Shown piece after piece: positions 15,101-30,100 of a stretch of 64,000 nucleotides of DNA (position 1 is the first letter of the stretch; each line of letters starts with the position of its first letter). Position numbers and translations under genes: made by a program. Origin of the DNA: Botryllus schlosseri. Taxonomy: Eukaryota. The stretch spans positions 11,222,001 to 11,286,000 of the forward strand of contig CM119377.1 of NCBI GenBank assembly GCA_051294905.1, given 5' to 3'. The notes under the pieces were generated by a model, which made no database searches, was not told the origin of the DNA, and saw only the letters and a program-made list of their open reading frames with translations.

Positions 15101-18100
15101 GAATGTGTGATTGAAGACATTCCTCTGAGAAGATATGGGATATACACTTTTCTGAGCAGCCCCTCCACACGTTCAAAACTGAAAGCAATCGAAATTTCGC
15201 AACATTGTGACATACACTTGCAGAAATTGCCCTCGAATGACTGGGGTGACGAACAGTTCATCCAACTACCAATGGTTTGTATTCAATAGCATACCGGTAG
15301 TTGGTAATTCTTTCCACTAAAACTGTGACTTTCTTCATCAGTGGAATATTAGCACAACGAAATAGTTTCATAAACGTTGACATGGTACATAAGACACATG
15401 TCCAAATGTATCACACAAGGACAAAACATCTATGGCTGGTCCTAATTTCTTGTTTTTTATTCCCTTATTTATCATCCCTTCAGCTATCACAAATATTTGA
15501 TAAAATTAACCATCAACACAAGTGGTCTTATGAATGTGCCTATATCATATTCAGACGTGCTTATACATTTGACACTAATATGGGAAAATTTGACATCGGA
15601 GGTCTCCCTGTTACTAGCTGATAGCCCATGTCAGGCCATTGACATTCAGACCATTGTATATTTTACTCTTATCAGTCATATCTGTGAGGTAATTTCTGAT
15701 GGTGGTTCTGCTTCTGAACTGCCAAAAGGCCAATTTTGTTTTACTCCTGATCGTGTTTAACCCCACCGACTTTGGTGGGACTGTATCTGTATAAGGTGCC
15801 TATACTTTGACAGCCAGAAGTCGTTGAACTAGTGATATATAGGCCTACCTGAACATGCATATTGCATAGGAGCGAATTCTAGAGTATAGATGGAAGAAAA
15901 TAAATGCTGTCAGGCCACTCCGTCATTGAATTGATATTTTCTACCATGCTACCTTCTACCTTGGATTGTAGTAATGATCTCCAGGCATGTCGCCATGTCA
16001 CATAGGGTTAATGTTAGGCTTGCTGATTTAAATGAGGCTAAAATTTAGAATATATGAAATGCTAATGAGAATGGAAAAATTGAGATCTGATCTGAGACCT
16101 GCATGAATTTCAGAAATCAAGAAAGAGTATTTCAATAGAAGTCGTTGACGGAGACATCACAACACAGGATGTGGACGTTATTGTGAACACTACAAATAAG
16201 CAATTTTCCTTGGATGGTAAGATCATCGGATTCTGTCAAGAGGCTGAAAAACTGATCCTGTTAAGTTGAGTCCCGTGTCTAATGTATACGTACGAATGAT
16301 TACTTATGAATTTTCACCACATATTTTTGTGTTTATCAGTGCTCACCCATGCTCATGGCCATTGTGTCCCGTGCATATTTAATTTATTCATGCTCACATA
16401 ACTTATGGCATATTTGCTTTCGGACTACAGAATTTCAAGATATCTATAACTTAGTAGATGCATTTAAACTGACCAGTGCCAATTGAAGTGGCCAGTCCCT
16501 CCAGATCAAGGCATTATCAACGAACAGTAGAAAAATCATGTAAATGATGAATATGACGATGTTTTCTTATTTCAATTTGCCAAGCAGATGTAAGCTACTA
16601 CCGGTATAACTTTAAGTAGGAATATCCAGAAATGATCTCGCTATATTTCAAAATTATTGAATAGTATATTGATATTGAAATGAACCTGAATATTTTCGGC
16701 TGTCACTCGTCAGCAACTATATATGATGTTCTTTTGAATTCTCTACTAGTTGCTGACGATTACCCCTGACGAGTGTGAGCCGAAAATATTCGGGTTCATT
16801 TCAATATGAATATACTATGCAATTGTATCTTGAAGTTCTGTACCTCCAAGAAGCTGTTCAAAAATTTCAATATTCGAAATAAATCAAATTGATTTGTTTA
16901 CCTGTCTCTAGCTATGTCCCAGAGGCAAAATTGTTATCAGTTTGGTTAATGATCATCCAATCAGAGACCCATTTGCTTCCTTTGGGGGTATCCTTTCGCA
17001 GTATCTGTACTGTTGTGAAGCTCTTCTACTGTCAACTCTGCTCCGTTCCCTTGCCAAAGAATGGAAAAGTATCAGTGCTGATAATCTGGTATCTGTCAGT
17101 TATGCTGCTTTTTTATGAAATTTTTTCCTCATTGCTCATGTAAAAATATTTAGTATTGAGTCCTTATTCTATCTTTATGGTTAGCTTGTTTGTTTACTGG
17201 AAAAATACTAGAACATAACACTAGATGGTATCTCTTCATTAGGTCCCTATTCAAGATATATTCTTGGTCAAGCTGGGATATCTACAATGAATCATAACCT
17301 GGAAAAAATTGCTGAAGAAATTCAATGTTCTGCTGGCGGACTCCTAAAGTCTCGAAAGATCTTTCATGTTGCAATACCATATGAGAACGAGTCCATGGAA
17401 GAATTGCTTCGTAAAACACTGCAGATTGCTGATGATTTGGAAATGACAAGCATTGCTTTTCCTGCGATTGGAACAGGTAACTTCTCATCACAAATCTGTA
17501 AAGATTTATAAAGGCCTAACAAATATGTATATATAATATATATATATATAATGAATAAGTGCACAATTGTACATGTTCATGGAAACACAAGCATCGTTGT
17601 ATCACAGTTACGAGTTGCTTATTGACTAAGTTTTCGTTGGCACTTCCTACTTTTTGTCCTGTAAATGGTCCATGTTTGGTCAGTATTAGGGCTTCTTAAC
17701 TTAATCTTTCTTGCCCAGACACCAGTTTTAAGGGGATCCCATGAATGAGGACTCAAGCAAAAGTGGGCCCGAGAAAAAGTGATGACCCCTTTTATATTAG
17801 TTATCAAGTAACTTTTTAGGCATCAACGGGATCAGTGCTCTTCAACTGGGTGTTCTTCACCCTAGCCTGCATTTCCTAACAGGCTGCAATATCTGTTTAC
17901 AATGAATCTCGACGAAACTCCGCACTAACCCAAAAATTTTGAATTGGTACTTCCTGTCAGACGTTTATAGATAACGCAGTGTACATGATTGCAGTGAATT
18001 AGATAGACCCAGGGGGTTCTAGGGGTCGAACCAGCTGCCATTTCAAACAGATCCCAAACTTTGTCCATTTGAAATGCTGGTTCTGTCTCCTACACTTCAT

Positions 18101-21100
18101 AGCTCATTTTAAATTTATTAATGCGTTTTATCAGTGCTGCCAATTAGCAAGAATTGACTGTGCACAGGGCCATATGATTTCTTGATTTGTGCGCAAAATG
18201 GAGTGATTGAACGATTACGTCTGCAGTCCTCTTTGGCTCCTATCTCTGCAATGTGCTGATTAGCGATTGTAATGGGATGCTGCTTCAATTAGGGTTGCAT
18301 TGTTAAAAACGCAACCAAACCAAACATAGCCGAGCTGGTCGCAAAAAATCGACCACGCCGGTACCATAAAACCAACGTGTGGTTCTGTGTGAATTTTTCA
18401 AGGGGCCGAGAGTTATTTCAAAATGACAGGAGACCGTTGCGTGATATAAACAAAATAGTTTTAGAACCACTGAGTAATATGGTGTTTCGGTAACCTCGCC
18501 CACTAATTAGTTTTTGGCATTTCTTATACCTTGCAGTCATGCTCATCCCTAATTTGATTAGGATTGTCATGGACTCAGTGTATTATGTGGACTGGGATGT
18601 ACGAGTTTTGTGTAAACGGTTAAAGATTGTTCCATGCCAAAAAAAGTTGAAGAGCACTAAACCAGTGTTGGGATGACTCGAGTCATGACTTGACTCGAGT
18701 CAGACTCGAGTGAACTTTTTCGAATGACTTGACTTGACTCGAGTCACTTTGGAAAAATGACTTGACTTGACTTGACTCGGCGCTTCAAAAATGTGGATTG
18801 ACTCGTGACTCGGAGCAAAATTTACGAGTCAATTTCAAGTCATCAAGTAAACGGCGTCGACTAAATCATTGTGCATGTTCGGATTATTCACGATACGCCG
18901 TTGTAACTTGTGAGAGCAACCAGTCATTCACTGATTGTACGTTTCACTGATCCTACATTATTATATCACAAATACACTGACCGCATACGAAATGATCACA
19001 GCTTGCGTTGTCGTAGTAGCAGATTAATTTAATAGCAACGGCTCTGTCCTTACATTGCACGGCGCTCGCCTTTACCAACCCTCTTGTATGATTTAAATCT
19101 AACAAATATATTTTATGCATTTATATCCTCACGGATGTGTAATGTGTATAGATGACTAGTGTATTGTACGATATCAATTTCTTTCATCTTCTCGAGGCTT
19201 CGTATTCGATCCTCTGTTTTGGCTGGTAATAAGAGAATGTATAGCATGCAGCTCAGAGCTGTCAAACTCAACTGACGTCGCGGATCGAATTCAAATATAC
19301 AGATCACGGGCAGGCTGCACCAGTCGAATGATTCCAAAATATTACTAACTTTTAACAGACTTAACTCAATATATGCACTTTTTCTCATTCTCGGAATTGG
19401 GGGTTAATGTCAGCGATTTTCTCCTGACGATAACTACAATCACAACTCCGCTGTCGGGTTGTTATAATGTGGCCTATGAACATACTCGAAATTTGCTATC
19501 TTGAAGAAATATTTATTAGTAGTATTTCTTACTACAAATTCGAGAAATGTGTTGGATAAAATCACGCAATTTTCAACATATACTCAGAATTTCTTCGCGG
19601 GCCGAATGAAATCATTTGGCGGGTCGTATGTTTGACACCCCTGATGTAGCTATACAGTTACTTACGTGTTTTATTAGCAGTTCTACGTGTGCGTGAGCGA
19701 TACAACGCATTTTTGCATGTATATTTAACTTCGTTATTCGTTATTTGATTCAGGATAAATGACCAATTGATCTCTTTAACACAGCTAGTAAAATATAATG
19801 AATTTAAATGGTCACTCATACTTCGAAAATTCAATTTGACTTGAATTGTGACTTGACTCGTGACTTGACTTGACTTGACTTGACTTGACTCGAGTCACCT
19901 CCAAAAAACTAGTGACTTGACTTGACTCGAGTCACCTTTGAAAATCGATTGACTTGACTTGACTCGAGTCAAAATGTGCAATGACTCGAGATGACTCATG
20001 ACTCGAAGGTAGTGACTTGATCCCAACACTGCACTAAACTAGACCAGATGACGATGAAACCATGATTAGGGCTGGACAGGAGTGATGAGTGACATCAGCT
20101 TCCCAAATTTTGTATGGTCCACGAAACCTACCAAATTAACTTACTTTTCCGCGCTAAAATAAGATTAAGAATACCGAGACTATTGATGTTTTCTTGAGTA
20201 TGATGTCGTAATCATAATTCTCTAATACTTGACTAAACTGTTATAGTTGGCCCTGAATCGTATCAGTCAAGAGCAGAATTTGGCCTTGCAGTCAAAACAT
20301 TATTTTTTTCTAAAAGATCAAAGTTCTATTCGTGCCACTTTTTCAGTTGCAATCAATTATGATTGTTAAAACCACATTATTGAAATAATACTATCGTATT
20401 TTGACAGCCCATTATTGTACATATGCATTTTCCGTATCAACTTATATTTTATTGGTTTTACCAGAACATTCCATCTTATTTTTAGGTAGCGGGGGTTGGA
20501 AGAGTGAGAAGGTTGCTGTATCAATGCGAAATGCATTTAATGGATTCAAGAAGCATTGCAAAAATTTGAAAGTAATAAGGGTAATTCTGAGCCATCGCAT
20601 ACCGCTTGACGACAGAAAGCCATTTTACAAACATGTCAAATTGGAAAATCCGGAAGTGTCTAACATCTCAACATCTTCATCTGATTTGATTAGCAGGATT
20701 TTTAAACGAAGGTAAACGGTGAATATTCGTCTTTCCTAATATACTAGCCTCCGCTTGAGATTTCTTGACCATAATCAGACATTAAGGCGCTACACGCAGG
20801 ACGCATTGAATGCCAAGTGACATGTTTTTCCGTGAAATGTCAAGTATCAATAATTCAGTTCCAGTGACAAAGTAATTTAATGCACCGCGGACATACCCCA
20901 GACATGATACCTGAATGATAGTACTGGTCCTATGTGAATTGTCCGCTACCAAGTGGGAAATGCTGAATAATGCGTTAGACCAGGGGTGTCAAACATACGG
21001 CCCGCGGGCCGCATCCGGCCCGCCAGACGATTTAATCCGGCCCGCGAAACAATTCTGAGTAGATTGAAAAATTCGTATATTATCGAGCACATTTGTAACA

Positions 21101-24100
21101 AATGTTGAGATTTTTTGCATGAAATTCTTTCATTGAATATTCCCACAAGACAGCAAATGTCGAGCATGTTCTGGATGTTCACAGGCCACATTATAACCAT
21201 CCGACTACCGTGTTGAGGTTTCACTCTATCCAATTAGAGAAGGCAAAAAGTGCACACTGAGTTCAGAGTTTTATGGAAAAATGGACCAGAAAGTAGTTAT
21301 TCACAAAAGCGAAAACGCCTATATATCATTCAAATATCTATGATCGCAGTGCTGTGTCACTTCCCACCAGATAGGTCCCCGGACTTAGAGAACCCGATAT
21401 GCGATTTAATATTAATAATCCAAATTCCAGCGTCCACGTTTACAGTTGAATATATTGTATTTATTGTATTTCTCGCAGAGCATACGCTGAGCTAACATAT
21501 TACGACTACAGCAAGGGAAACATAGAAACCTGCCAACTTATATCGTCGTTAGCGCCACTGTTTTATCGGTTCTTAACTGTATTCAACCGGACAATCATCA
21601 TATTTTTGCTTATTCCATTGTTCGCGAATTAGCGTGTTGCGACTTGCTAGAATAAAACCCCTATGAGCCGTGCATTATCCATATATGCTTGATAATAAAC
21701 TATTCAAGTGAAAAACAAGCACATGAGGTAACACTTTGGAATCAATTGACTGGTCCGGCCCGCGGGTAATTTGAAGCCTTGAATCCGGCCCGCGAGGCAA
21801 TTTGAGTTTGACACCCCTGCGTTAGACGCTGAGTACCCGTGTCTGAGCGCTTAGCGCTCCCTGTGTGTAACAGCATTTATTGACTTCGCCCACTGACACA
21901 TGGCACTTTATTTTCATTGCTTTTCCATTCTACGTTATCTTCTGTTACTTTTCATTCAGTGTGCAATGTGCATGCTACCCATGTTTTTCCTAAATTAGGA
22001 TTAGGACTATTCGGATCTTTGATTGAATGGTATGTATTAGAGTCAGGTTACAATTGCTTCCTATCTGTGCGATGGCAATCGGGGCCTACGATAACTTACG
22101 GCCTTATATGGCGCATTCCACTTGCAACATCGGGGAGGCCGACGTTCGCAAAACAGACATCAGCGATTGCTTAGGATGACTCCCATTTTGGAATGGAATG
22201 CGCAATATAAGGCCGTAAGTTATCGTGGTATTTTAACCAATTGAATTCCTAATAAACTGAACTGTATAACTGTATAACACAACCTATGTAAAATGTTTGT
22301 TATTTCCCAATATAGGCATATATGTTATTTGTTCTGCTGTTAGAGTTACATACTTTTACGCAATGATTTTATTACCACAGTAATCATTGTATCTTATACG
22401 ACAACTTCGCGTCATGAAAGATATATATATCTACTTGCTAAATAGCTTGGCACAAGTAAAGAATTGTATATGAATCAGAGACGGAGAGTTTATTAGGCTT
22501 TATTATCAAAAGTTGAGAAATGTTAAAGAATAATGGTACCTTGACAGCAAGAAAAACGACCAACGAGAATGCAGCTATGAGTGCTGATGTAGAAAAACTG
22601 GGCGTAATAACGTCACTATTACACCAGTAGGGTGGAGTGAAAAATGGAAAATTTTGAATTTCAAAACGGACATTTGATATGTGGTGCCAAATTAAAAAAA
22701 AATAATTTCTATAATAATTTTGGGCTCGTGCACCCTCTAGTGGTCGTGCAATTGCACCGAACGAGCCAAAAATAGCTAATTTTGCTATATATTGATTACC
22801 GCTTATGCTAGAAAGCTGGTTTTGGGCTTAAAAGATGCGGAAGCAACAAGTTTCTATCTCACTTCCACAGAACTTTGTCTTAAAAATGAACAGAAAAAAA
22901 GTTACAAGCAAATTATTGATTTTTAGGCTGTCTTTAGGTAAAATTAGGCACCGAAGCAGGCGCTGTTATGCCACAAGCTTGTAGTGATTGATCTTATGAC
23001 TGACAACTATATTAAAAGCACATAAATTGCAAACCCATATTGAAAACACAAAAACATCAATTCTATATTGAAAAAAGATATATTTCGAATATGGTTTCAC
23101 TACCAGAGTATTAGTATGCACAAACTTTAAAATCTTGTTTCGTAATAAAGGATTTCATCTGCTTTCGAGATTTCAGTTTTTGTGTGATGAGGCCATCTCT
23201 ACGTTCAAATCCCGACACATGGGCATTCGGCATATGCTTCGGTCACCACTTTAACGTCTCTTTCCACTGCCTGGTTGTGCCAAGGATGATTGATCCTTAA
23301 TGGTGATGACCTTAGATTTTCCAGATCGAGATATGAAAAGTTTTTGATTGCTGGTGACTGTTCCACATCTATTAGATGCAAGTTGACAATTTGGTGGTAT
23401 GATTTGGCCTTGATGTTTATAATTGGGATTTTTAACAATCTGATTCTAGTGTCAACGTTGTTTTCAGGTTTCGGTTCATTAACATATCCTCCTTCTAAGT
23501 CGTCAATTGGAATATGATATTCTGTTTGATCTGCTCATAGTTGTAGTCTAGCAAGTCTTCTGAGGCCTTCATCATCATCACCGAGCATTCCCAGATGGGC
23601 AAAACATGCCTTTTGTTGTAGCAAAGATAGTGCAAGGTTACGAATTGTGTAACATGGGAAACTATGTTGCAGAAGTTTTTAGCACCATCAACAATGGAAT
23701 TGTGCCTTTTTATTTCAAACCATGAGGGAAAATAAACCTCAATGCAGAATTGAGCAAGATAGTTCAGATTACTTGATGGATGACTCTGTCGCACATAGCA
23801 ACTCAATATTCGGCATGTTCTATGTGGGACTGAATCACCCATAATTGTACCTTTTTATTTCAAACCATGACAGAAAATAAACCTCCATGCAGAATTGAGT
23901 AAGATAGTTCAGATTACCTGATGGATGACTCTGTCCCACATAGAACATGCCAAATTTTGACGTTCTATACATAACATACATGTGCGACAGAGTCATTCAT
24001 CAAGCAATCTGAACTATCTTGCTTAATTCTGCATGGAGTTTTATTTTCCGTCATGGTTTGAAATAAAAAGTCACAGTTGTTGATGGTGCTAAAACTTGTG

Positions 24101-27100
24101 CAACATAGTTTCCCATATTACAAAGCTTTCTGATACACTAATTCGCAACCTTGCACTACCTTTGCTACAACGAAAAGCATATTTTCCCATCAGGATAATG
24201 TTTTTTGGGAATGCTCGGTGATGATGATGAAGGCCGCGGAAGACTTGCAAGATTACAACTATGAGCAGATCAAACAGAATACCAGATTCCAATTAGCGAC
24301 TTTGAAGGAGGATATGTTAATGAAACGAAACCTAAAAACAACGTGGACACTAGAATCAGATTGTTAAAAATCCCAATTATAAACATCAAGGCCAAATCAT
24401 ACCACCAAATTGTCAAATTGCATCTAAAAGATGCGGAACAGCCACCAGCAATCAAAAACTCGCCATATCTCGAGATGGAAAATCTAAGGTCATCTCCTCA
24501 AACATCCCTGGCACAACCAGGCAGTGGAAAGAGACGTTACAGTGGTGATCAAATCATCTGCCCATGTGTCGGGATTTAACAGTAGAGATGGCTTAATCAG
24601 CGAAAAACTGAAGTCTCAAAAACAGATGAAATCCTTTAATACGAAACAAGATTTCAAAGTTCGTGCAGACTAGTACTCTGGTAGTGAAACCATCTTTGAA
24701 ATATATCTTTTTTCAATATAGAATTGATGGTTTTGTGTTTTCAATATGAATTAGCAATTAATGTGTTTCCAATATGGAGTTGTCAGTCATAAGATCGATC
24801 ACTACACGCTTTTGGCCTCGTACCCTGCTTCAGTGCGTAATTTTACCGAAAAATGTTCTAAAAATCAAAAATTTGCTCGTAACTTTTTTTCTGTTCATTT
24901 TTAAGACGAAGTTCTGTGGAAGTGAGATAGAAACTTGTTGCTTCCGCATCTTTTGAGCCCAAAATCAGCTTTCTAGCGGAAGCGGTCATCAATATATAGC
25001 GAAATTAGCTATTTTTGTCTCGTTCGGTGCAATTGCACGACCACTAGAGGGTGCACGAGCCCAAAATTATTACAGAAATTATTTTTTTTTAATTTGGCAC
25101 CACATATCAAGTGTCCGTTTTGAAATTCAAAATTTTCCATTTTTCACTCCACCCTATTACACCAGGCTATAGTGGCTAAATAGCGTAGTGGTCTAATCCA
25201 TAGCTGGAACACCAATGGGTTGCGGGTTCGAGTCCGACCAAGGTCGACGCCAGAATTCCTACTTGAGTGTTGGGGGTTTATCTAGGCTCCTCTTCGCCAT
25301 CTCATCCTTGTAAGCGGTGTCTTATAAAAGCCCAGAAGTTGGCCGTACTACAAGTCAGCATTTACGGAATAAAAATGAAAAAATTGGCCTGGTGTAAATG
25401 ACCATAGTAATCGACAAACACCATGAATACCACAAACAAAACCACCAGGCTATAGAACAGTGGTCGGGAACCTTTTTCGACCAAAGAGCCATATTGACTC
25501 AATATTTCCAATTGTAACTTCCAAAGAGCCATACATGTCAATCAACTGTTATGTCACAATTGAAAATTCGTGACGTATTGGTAGCACTAATATATAGGAT
25601 TCGTAGTGTGCGCCATATTTTCTGCCCACATGCGTAGGTGGTGCCAAACATGGTCACTGCAGCAGTACATACCAATTGCTGGGTGTGCTACGTCAGTTAC
25701 GTGGGGTTATGGGAGGCAAGTGAGGCAGTGCTTCATATGTCGTCAGGTATAAGCGAGGGAAAATTGTGAAACCTTCAATAATGATTTGGTATTTTTATCG
25801 ATTTTTATGAATGATTAGATTTGGAACATTTTAATTCCCAAAATCACGGAATTTGCACATATTGTTCGAAAATAAAGCGCGAAATGAGAGTTAAGGCACA
25901 TATGAGGCACAGAGGGGGCAAGCCTCACCTGTGATAGCACAACTCATCGTAAATACCTTGGAATCTATCATCACTGTTATTATTCAAATGAAATTGTCGC
26001 ACTGATTCCCAAAATCTAAATATTGATCGACTTCTTAAGTATTCGGCGTAACATAACGCTACACACCTACATTTTACGTCGGTTATAGAAAGCTACTTAC
26101 GTTACCAATGAAGAACTCGGATAGCTATGGCGTTGTTTTTTCATTTGAAATTGTAATTGGTAATGTCACTTCCGAGAAAGTTTGTTTATCGTCGTAGATC
26201 AGGAAGACAATGTGTATTTGAAAACTGAATTTACTACAAGCGTCGTCATTTCAAGGTATATCAATCAAGATATCGTGCAATCCAAGATTTCGAGGCGCGC
26301 GATGGCGGGTAGATCGAATTCGCGAGTCGTGTTAGTCCACGGCGCGACAGCAACTTAAGTTTGAGGATTTTGAAAAGGGGGATACGAACCCCTAACCCTG
26401 GTTACCCCACTGTCTTGACCTCTCAAAGACATGTCTATACTATATGCTATACTATAGCCATGGCGCAGAGGTGGCTGGAATCGGAGAACATGGCGCTCGA
26501 CAATGGAGACTGATCTAGCGCAACGCGGGCTGTCACTTGAAGACGCCCACGACCGCCTACGTTGGAGACGCTTAACACGAGCCCAAAACTGATTATCTCG
26601 ATGTTCTTTTGTCTCTGTTTTCTTTTGCCCTTTTTTATTTTATCTAATTGAAAAGTCGATATATATATATACTGATACTGCCACGATAATATTATATTCG
26701 GGCAGTCATGAAAATTTACCAATAAGTTGCTGCAATATTGATAAATTAATGTATAAAATTGAAAATTTGTCAAAGAGCCATATCTTACACCCAAAAGAGC
26801 CATATATGGCTCGCGAGCCATAGGTTCCCGACCACTGCTATAGAACCACGATAATATTTAGCACAAACTATATGTGTCGATTCAGTTTTATGAAACTCAT
26901 CCGATGGGAATGTGCCGTTATTTCATGTATGATATCATTCTCTTCATACGGTTCTTGCCTTTTCCAGTTTCCGATCACGGCAATCCAGTGGGACTTGTGT
27001 GGACCTTGTTGGTAACAAATCGACAATGGGCTGCTATGCCAGAGTGATGATTGCCGCTGGCAATGAAAAGAGACTGTCCAAGGTTTGTTTTATGGTGACT

Positions 27101-30100
27101 GTAAGGCTATGTGATTAGTTTGGTGATTGCTCATTGTGGTTTCTTCTGTTTCTAATTCGTAGCTAGTACATTGTACATGTACATCCTTATTCATTAGTCT
27201 CATCTGTCTCTAAAGGATTTGAGTTCATATTGAAATTAAATACAGTAGCAATAAATTATGCCCAGTCCATCAACTGTAAAATTATTTCAGGCAGTATCGG
27301 AATTCGACAACTTAATTGCGTCTACTGTCAATGAGTCTGTTTTAAAATCTACCAGTATCTCAGAGCTTAGCCAGGCAGATGTATTTGAATTGGAAAAAAT
27401 TACCAGCGTGCATCAAGTACGTTCCATTCTTGACAAAGAAAAGTAAGTGGAACTATCACTCTATATTTTAACATTATTTGAATATGGCTTATCACTATAA
27501 TCTGGTTTGTTGGTCATTGAATCCTCTCCAACTATATCCAGGGGAGGGGCAATACTGCCCGCGGGCCACATTTTGTGTGGCTTACGAAAGGCGCAAAAAT
27601 AGTTTTAAAAATATTGATAAAATCTGTAGTAAAACAAGTGGGCCTACTGCAGCGAATTGACTAAACTAGGAAGTAGACGACCCTCGCACCAAAAAGCAGG
27701 ATCCTCGACAGTGATTTGACCTTGGCAACTGCTTTTAGTCCTGTAGGCCTAATTGAAAAAAAAAAACGGTTTGTGTGTGTTAGGTTGATTCATCATCTAT
27801 CTGTGAGGTATTCAAAACAATCTAAAAAGCGGAAAGTTGAAGATAAATGCTTTGGTTTCAATGAAGAATCGACTGAAGTGTATTCCTGTTTTGGTGTGGA
27901 GGTAACGCAATGTGTATGAATTGTTATATAATGCATCCATTGCTGCAATTTAAATCACCACTTTACACCGAACATCCTAATTATAGGCACCATTCGTCAT
28001 ACTATGAGCTGCTAAATAAGCTACATATTAGTAAAATATTTGCTGATCTCGTCTTCACAAAAGAACGTTAAGAAGGCAAGTTGTACAGACAGTAACACAT
28101 TAGGACATTTGATGAAGTGTTAACGGTTATGATTCTGTCCGTATCGTGTGTCCTGAAGTTAGACAAAAAGTAGATAAGCAAATCTATGAATGAACTGCTT
28201 ACAGATTTAAATTTCCATCCTGTTCTAAGAATCGACTTTCATCTATTCTAAAGTGTTAACAAATTGGATATTATGGATGGCCACTGACAAGCTTATAAAA
28301 TCTCAGGAATGTGTCAGACACATGTGTGTTTACCATCAAATCAGTCTTTGATGTCTTTTAAATATATATTTGTATATTATGTCTATGTCTTCGGCCACTG
28401 TATAATGAAATAAATGATTTTAATTTCAATTTTATAATAGTACCTCCTGCGAATGGATTCATATGTTGAACACCGCTGCCTATTCCTGAACTATATATAT
28501 AAGTGACTGAGATTCCTGTGTATCAATGCAAAGTTGCCGTTAATGGTACCTCACTAAATGTAGTGTATTAGTAGTGCACATTTTCAGATGGGAAAACATT
28601 GAGACTTAAATTTGAAATTTAGCTATTACCAGAGAAAGATGCTGCATGTCTAACATAAACTTATCCGCAGCACTAATGAAGCGATTTGAGTTGGCAACAC
28701 ATGAGCATTAGGGTTGTTCAAAATTTGGAAAATCTCAAAAAGTCTCCGTGATTGTGTCTCATTCTATAGATTATTGATAAAAAACAACAATTAGCCTGAA
28801 AGAAGCTTACAGGAAAGCCGATAAGATTTCGGTCAAAGCGTTTGAAAGTAGCTGCACAAGAATGGGCGTGCCACTGACCATAGAACGACGAGAAGACTAG
28901 TAATCAAATAACCACGGCTCTTGATTGGCTAATCGGCTATGCTTCAATGACCACGGCAGCAGCAGCTTACTGATCAGGTGTTCAAGAAGTCTGCTACCGC
29001 CGGGGATTCTGAGTGCGCATTGTTAATAGTTTGGCAGGTGATGATTCAAGATTAATTCAGGATATGTTGAGGTACGAAATACATGATGAACAAACAACAC
29101 CTGCTTCACAGAAGCTTTTACAGCATGACTGCTTCATTGTGAAGGAAACGGCTGAAGCCTACATGTCGTGTTTTCATCGAGAGAAAGCAAAGGCGCTTAT
29201 GCAAGTGTTGAGCGAATTCACAGTTTCAGTACGGATCCACCATCAATGAATACAAATATATAAAGCTTAACAATGACACTATACGTTGTGTGATCTTATT
29301 GGGCTGAAGCTGTAGTATATAGGTGACGTTTTGAATGCTCTAGGGATCGGCGGAATCAGCCGGTTATGCTTGGCCCTTATCAGATGCTTACAACAAATTG
29401 AATGCACTTGTAGGCGTTGTTAAAGTACTTAATGATAACGCAGAAAAGGGGTGGTAATGTACGCACACTCGCACAGGCTGTGCTGGATATGGTATGTCAA
29501 AGTCCTTATTGATCCCGCAGAAAAGAGGTGTAAAGAAAAGCACAGACTATGCTGCATATAGTATCCAGCATAGTTTGGATATCATATCCAGCATAGCCTG
29601 TGATTACCTTAAACCTCTTTTCTGCAGCATCATTAAGGACTTTGACAACTCTTATAAGTGAATTAAATTTGCTGTAAGTATAACTGCCAAGCATAACCGG
29701 CCGATTCAGTCGATCCCTAGAACCTTCAATACTTCACTATATACTACAACTTGGATCCAATAAGATCACACAAAGTATAGTGCCATTGTTAAGTTTTATA
29801 TATTTGTATTCACTGATGGTGGATCCGTACTGAAACGGTGAATTCGCTCAACACTTGCATAAGCGCCTCTCGATGAAAACACGACATGTAGGCTTCAGCC
29901 GTTTCCTTCACAATGAAGCAGTCATGATGTAAAAGCTTCTGTGAAGCAGGTGTTGTTTGTTCATCATGTATTTCGTACCTCAACATGTCCTGAATTGATC
30001 TTGAATCATCACCTGCCAAACTATTAACAATGCGCACTCATAATCCCCGCCGGTAGCAGACTTCTTGAACACCTGATCAGCAAGCTGCTGCTGCCGTCGT

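Noticed and set aside
15497-15760. ORF as an additional PARP14-like exon
   Set aside because: No phase-compatible splice pair; 15274 joins 16114 directly.
18663-20031. GACTTGACTT/GACTCGAGTC arrays, and the GTAATC arrays at 32137-32270 and 35870-36010, as CRISPR or telomere-like repeats
   Set aside because: No constant repeat with unique spacers and no cas genes; the arrays lie just inside hAT TIRs with 8-bp TSDs.
22548-22603. Small exon ARKTTNENAAMSADVEKLG
   Set aside because: Phase is incompatible with the flanking exons; 20711 splices in frame to 26968 without it.
25173-25245. tRNA gene (also 868-924)
   Set aside because: Has A/B boxes but no complete cloverleaf; continues into a SINE body, and the 25173 copy has a TSD.
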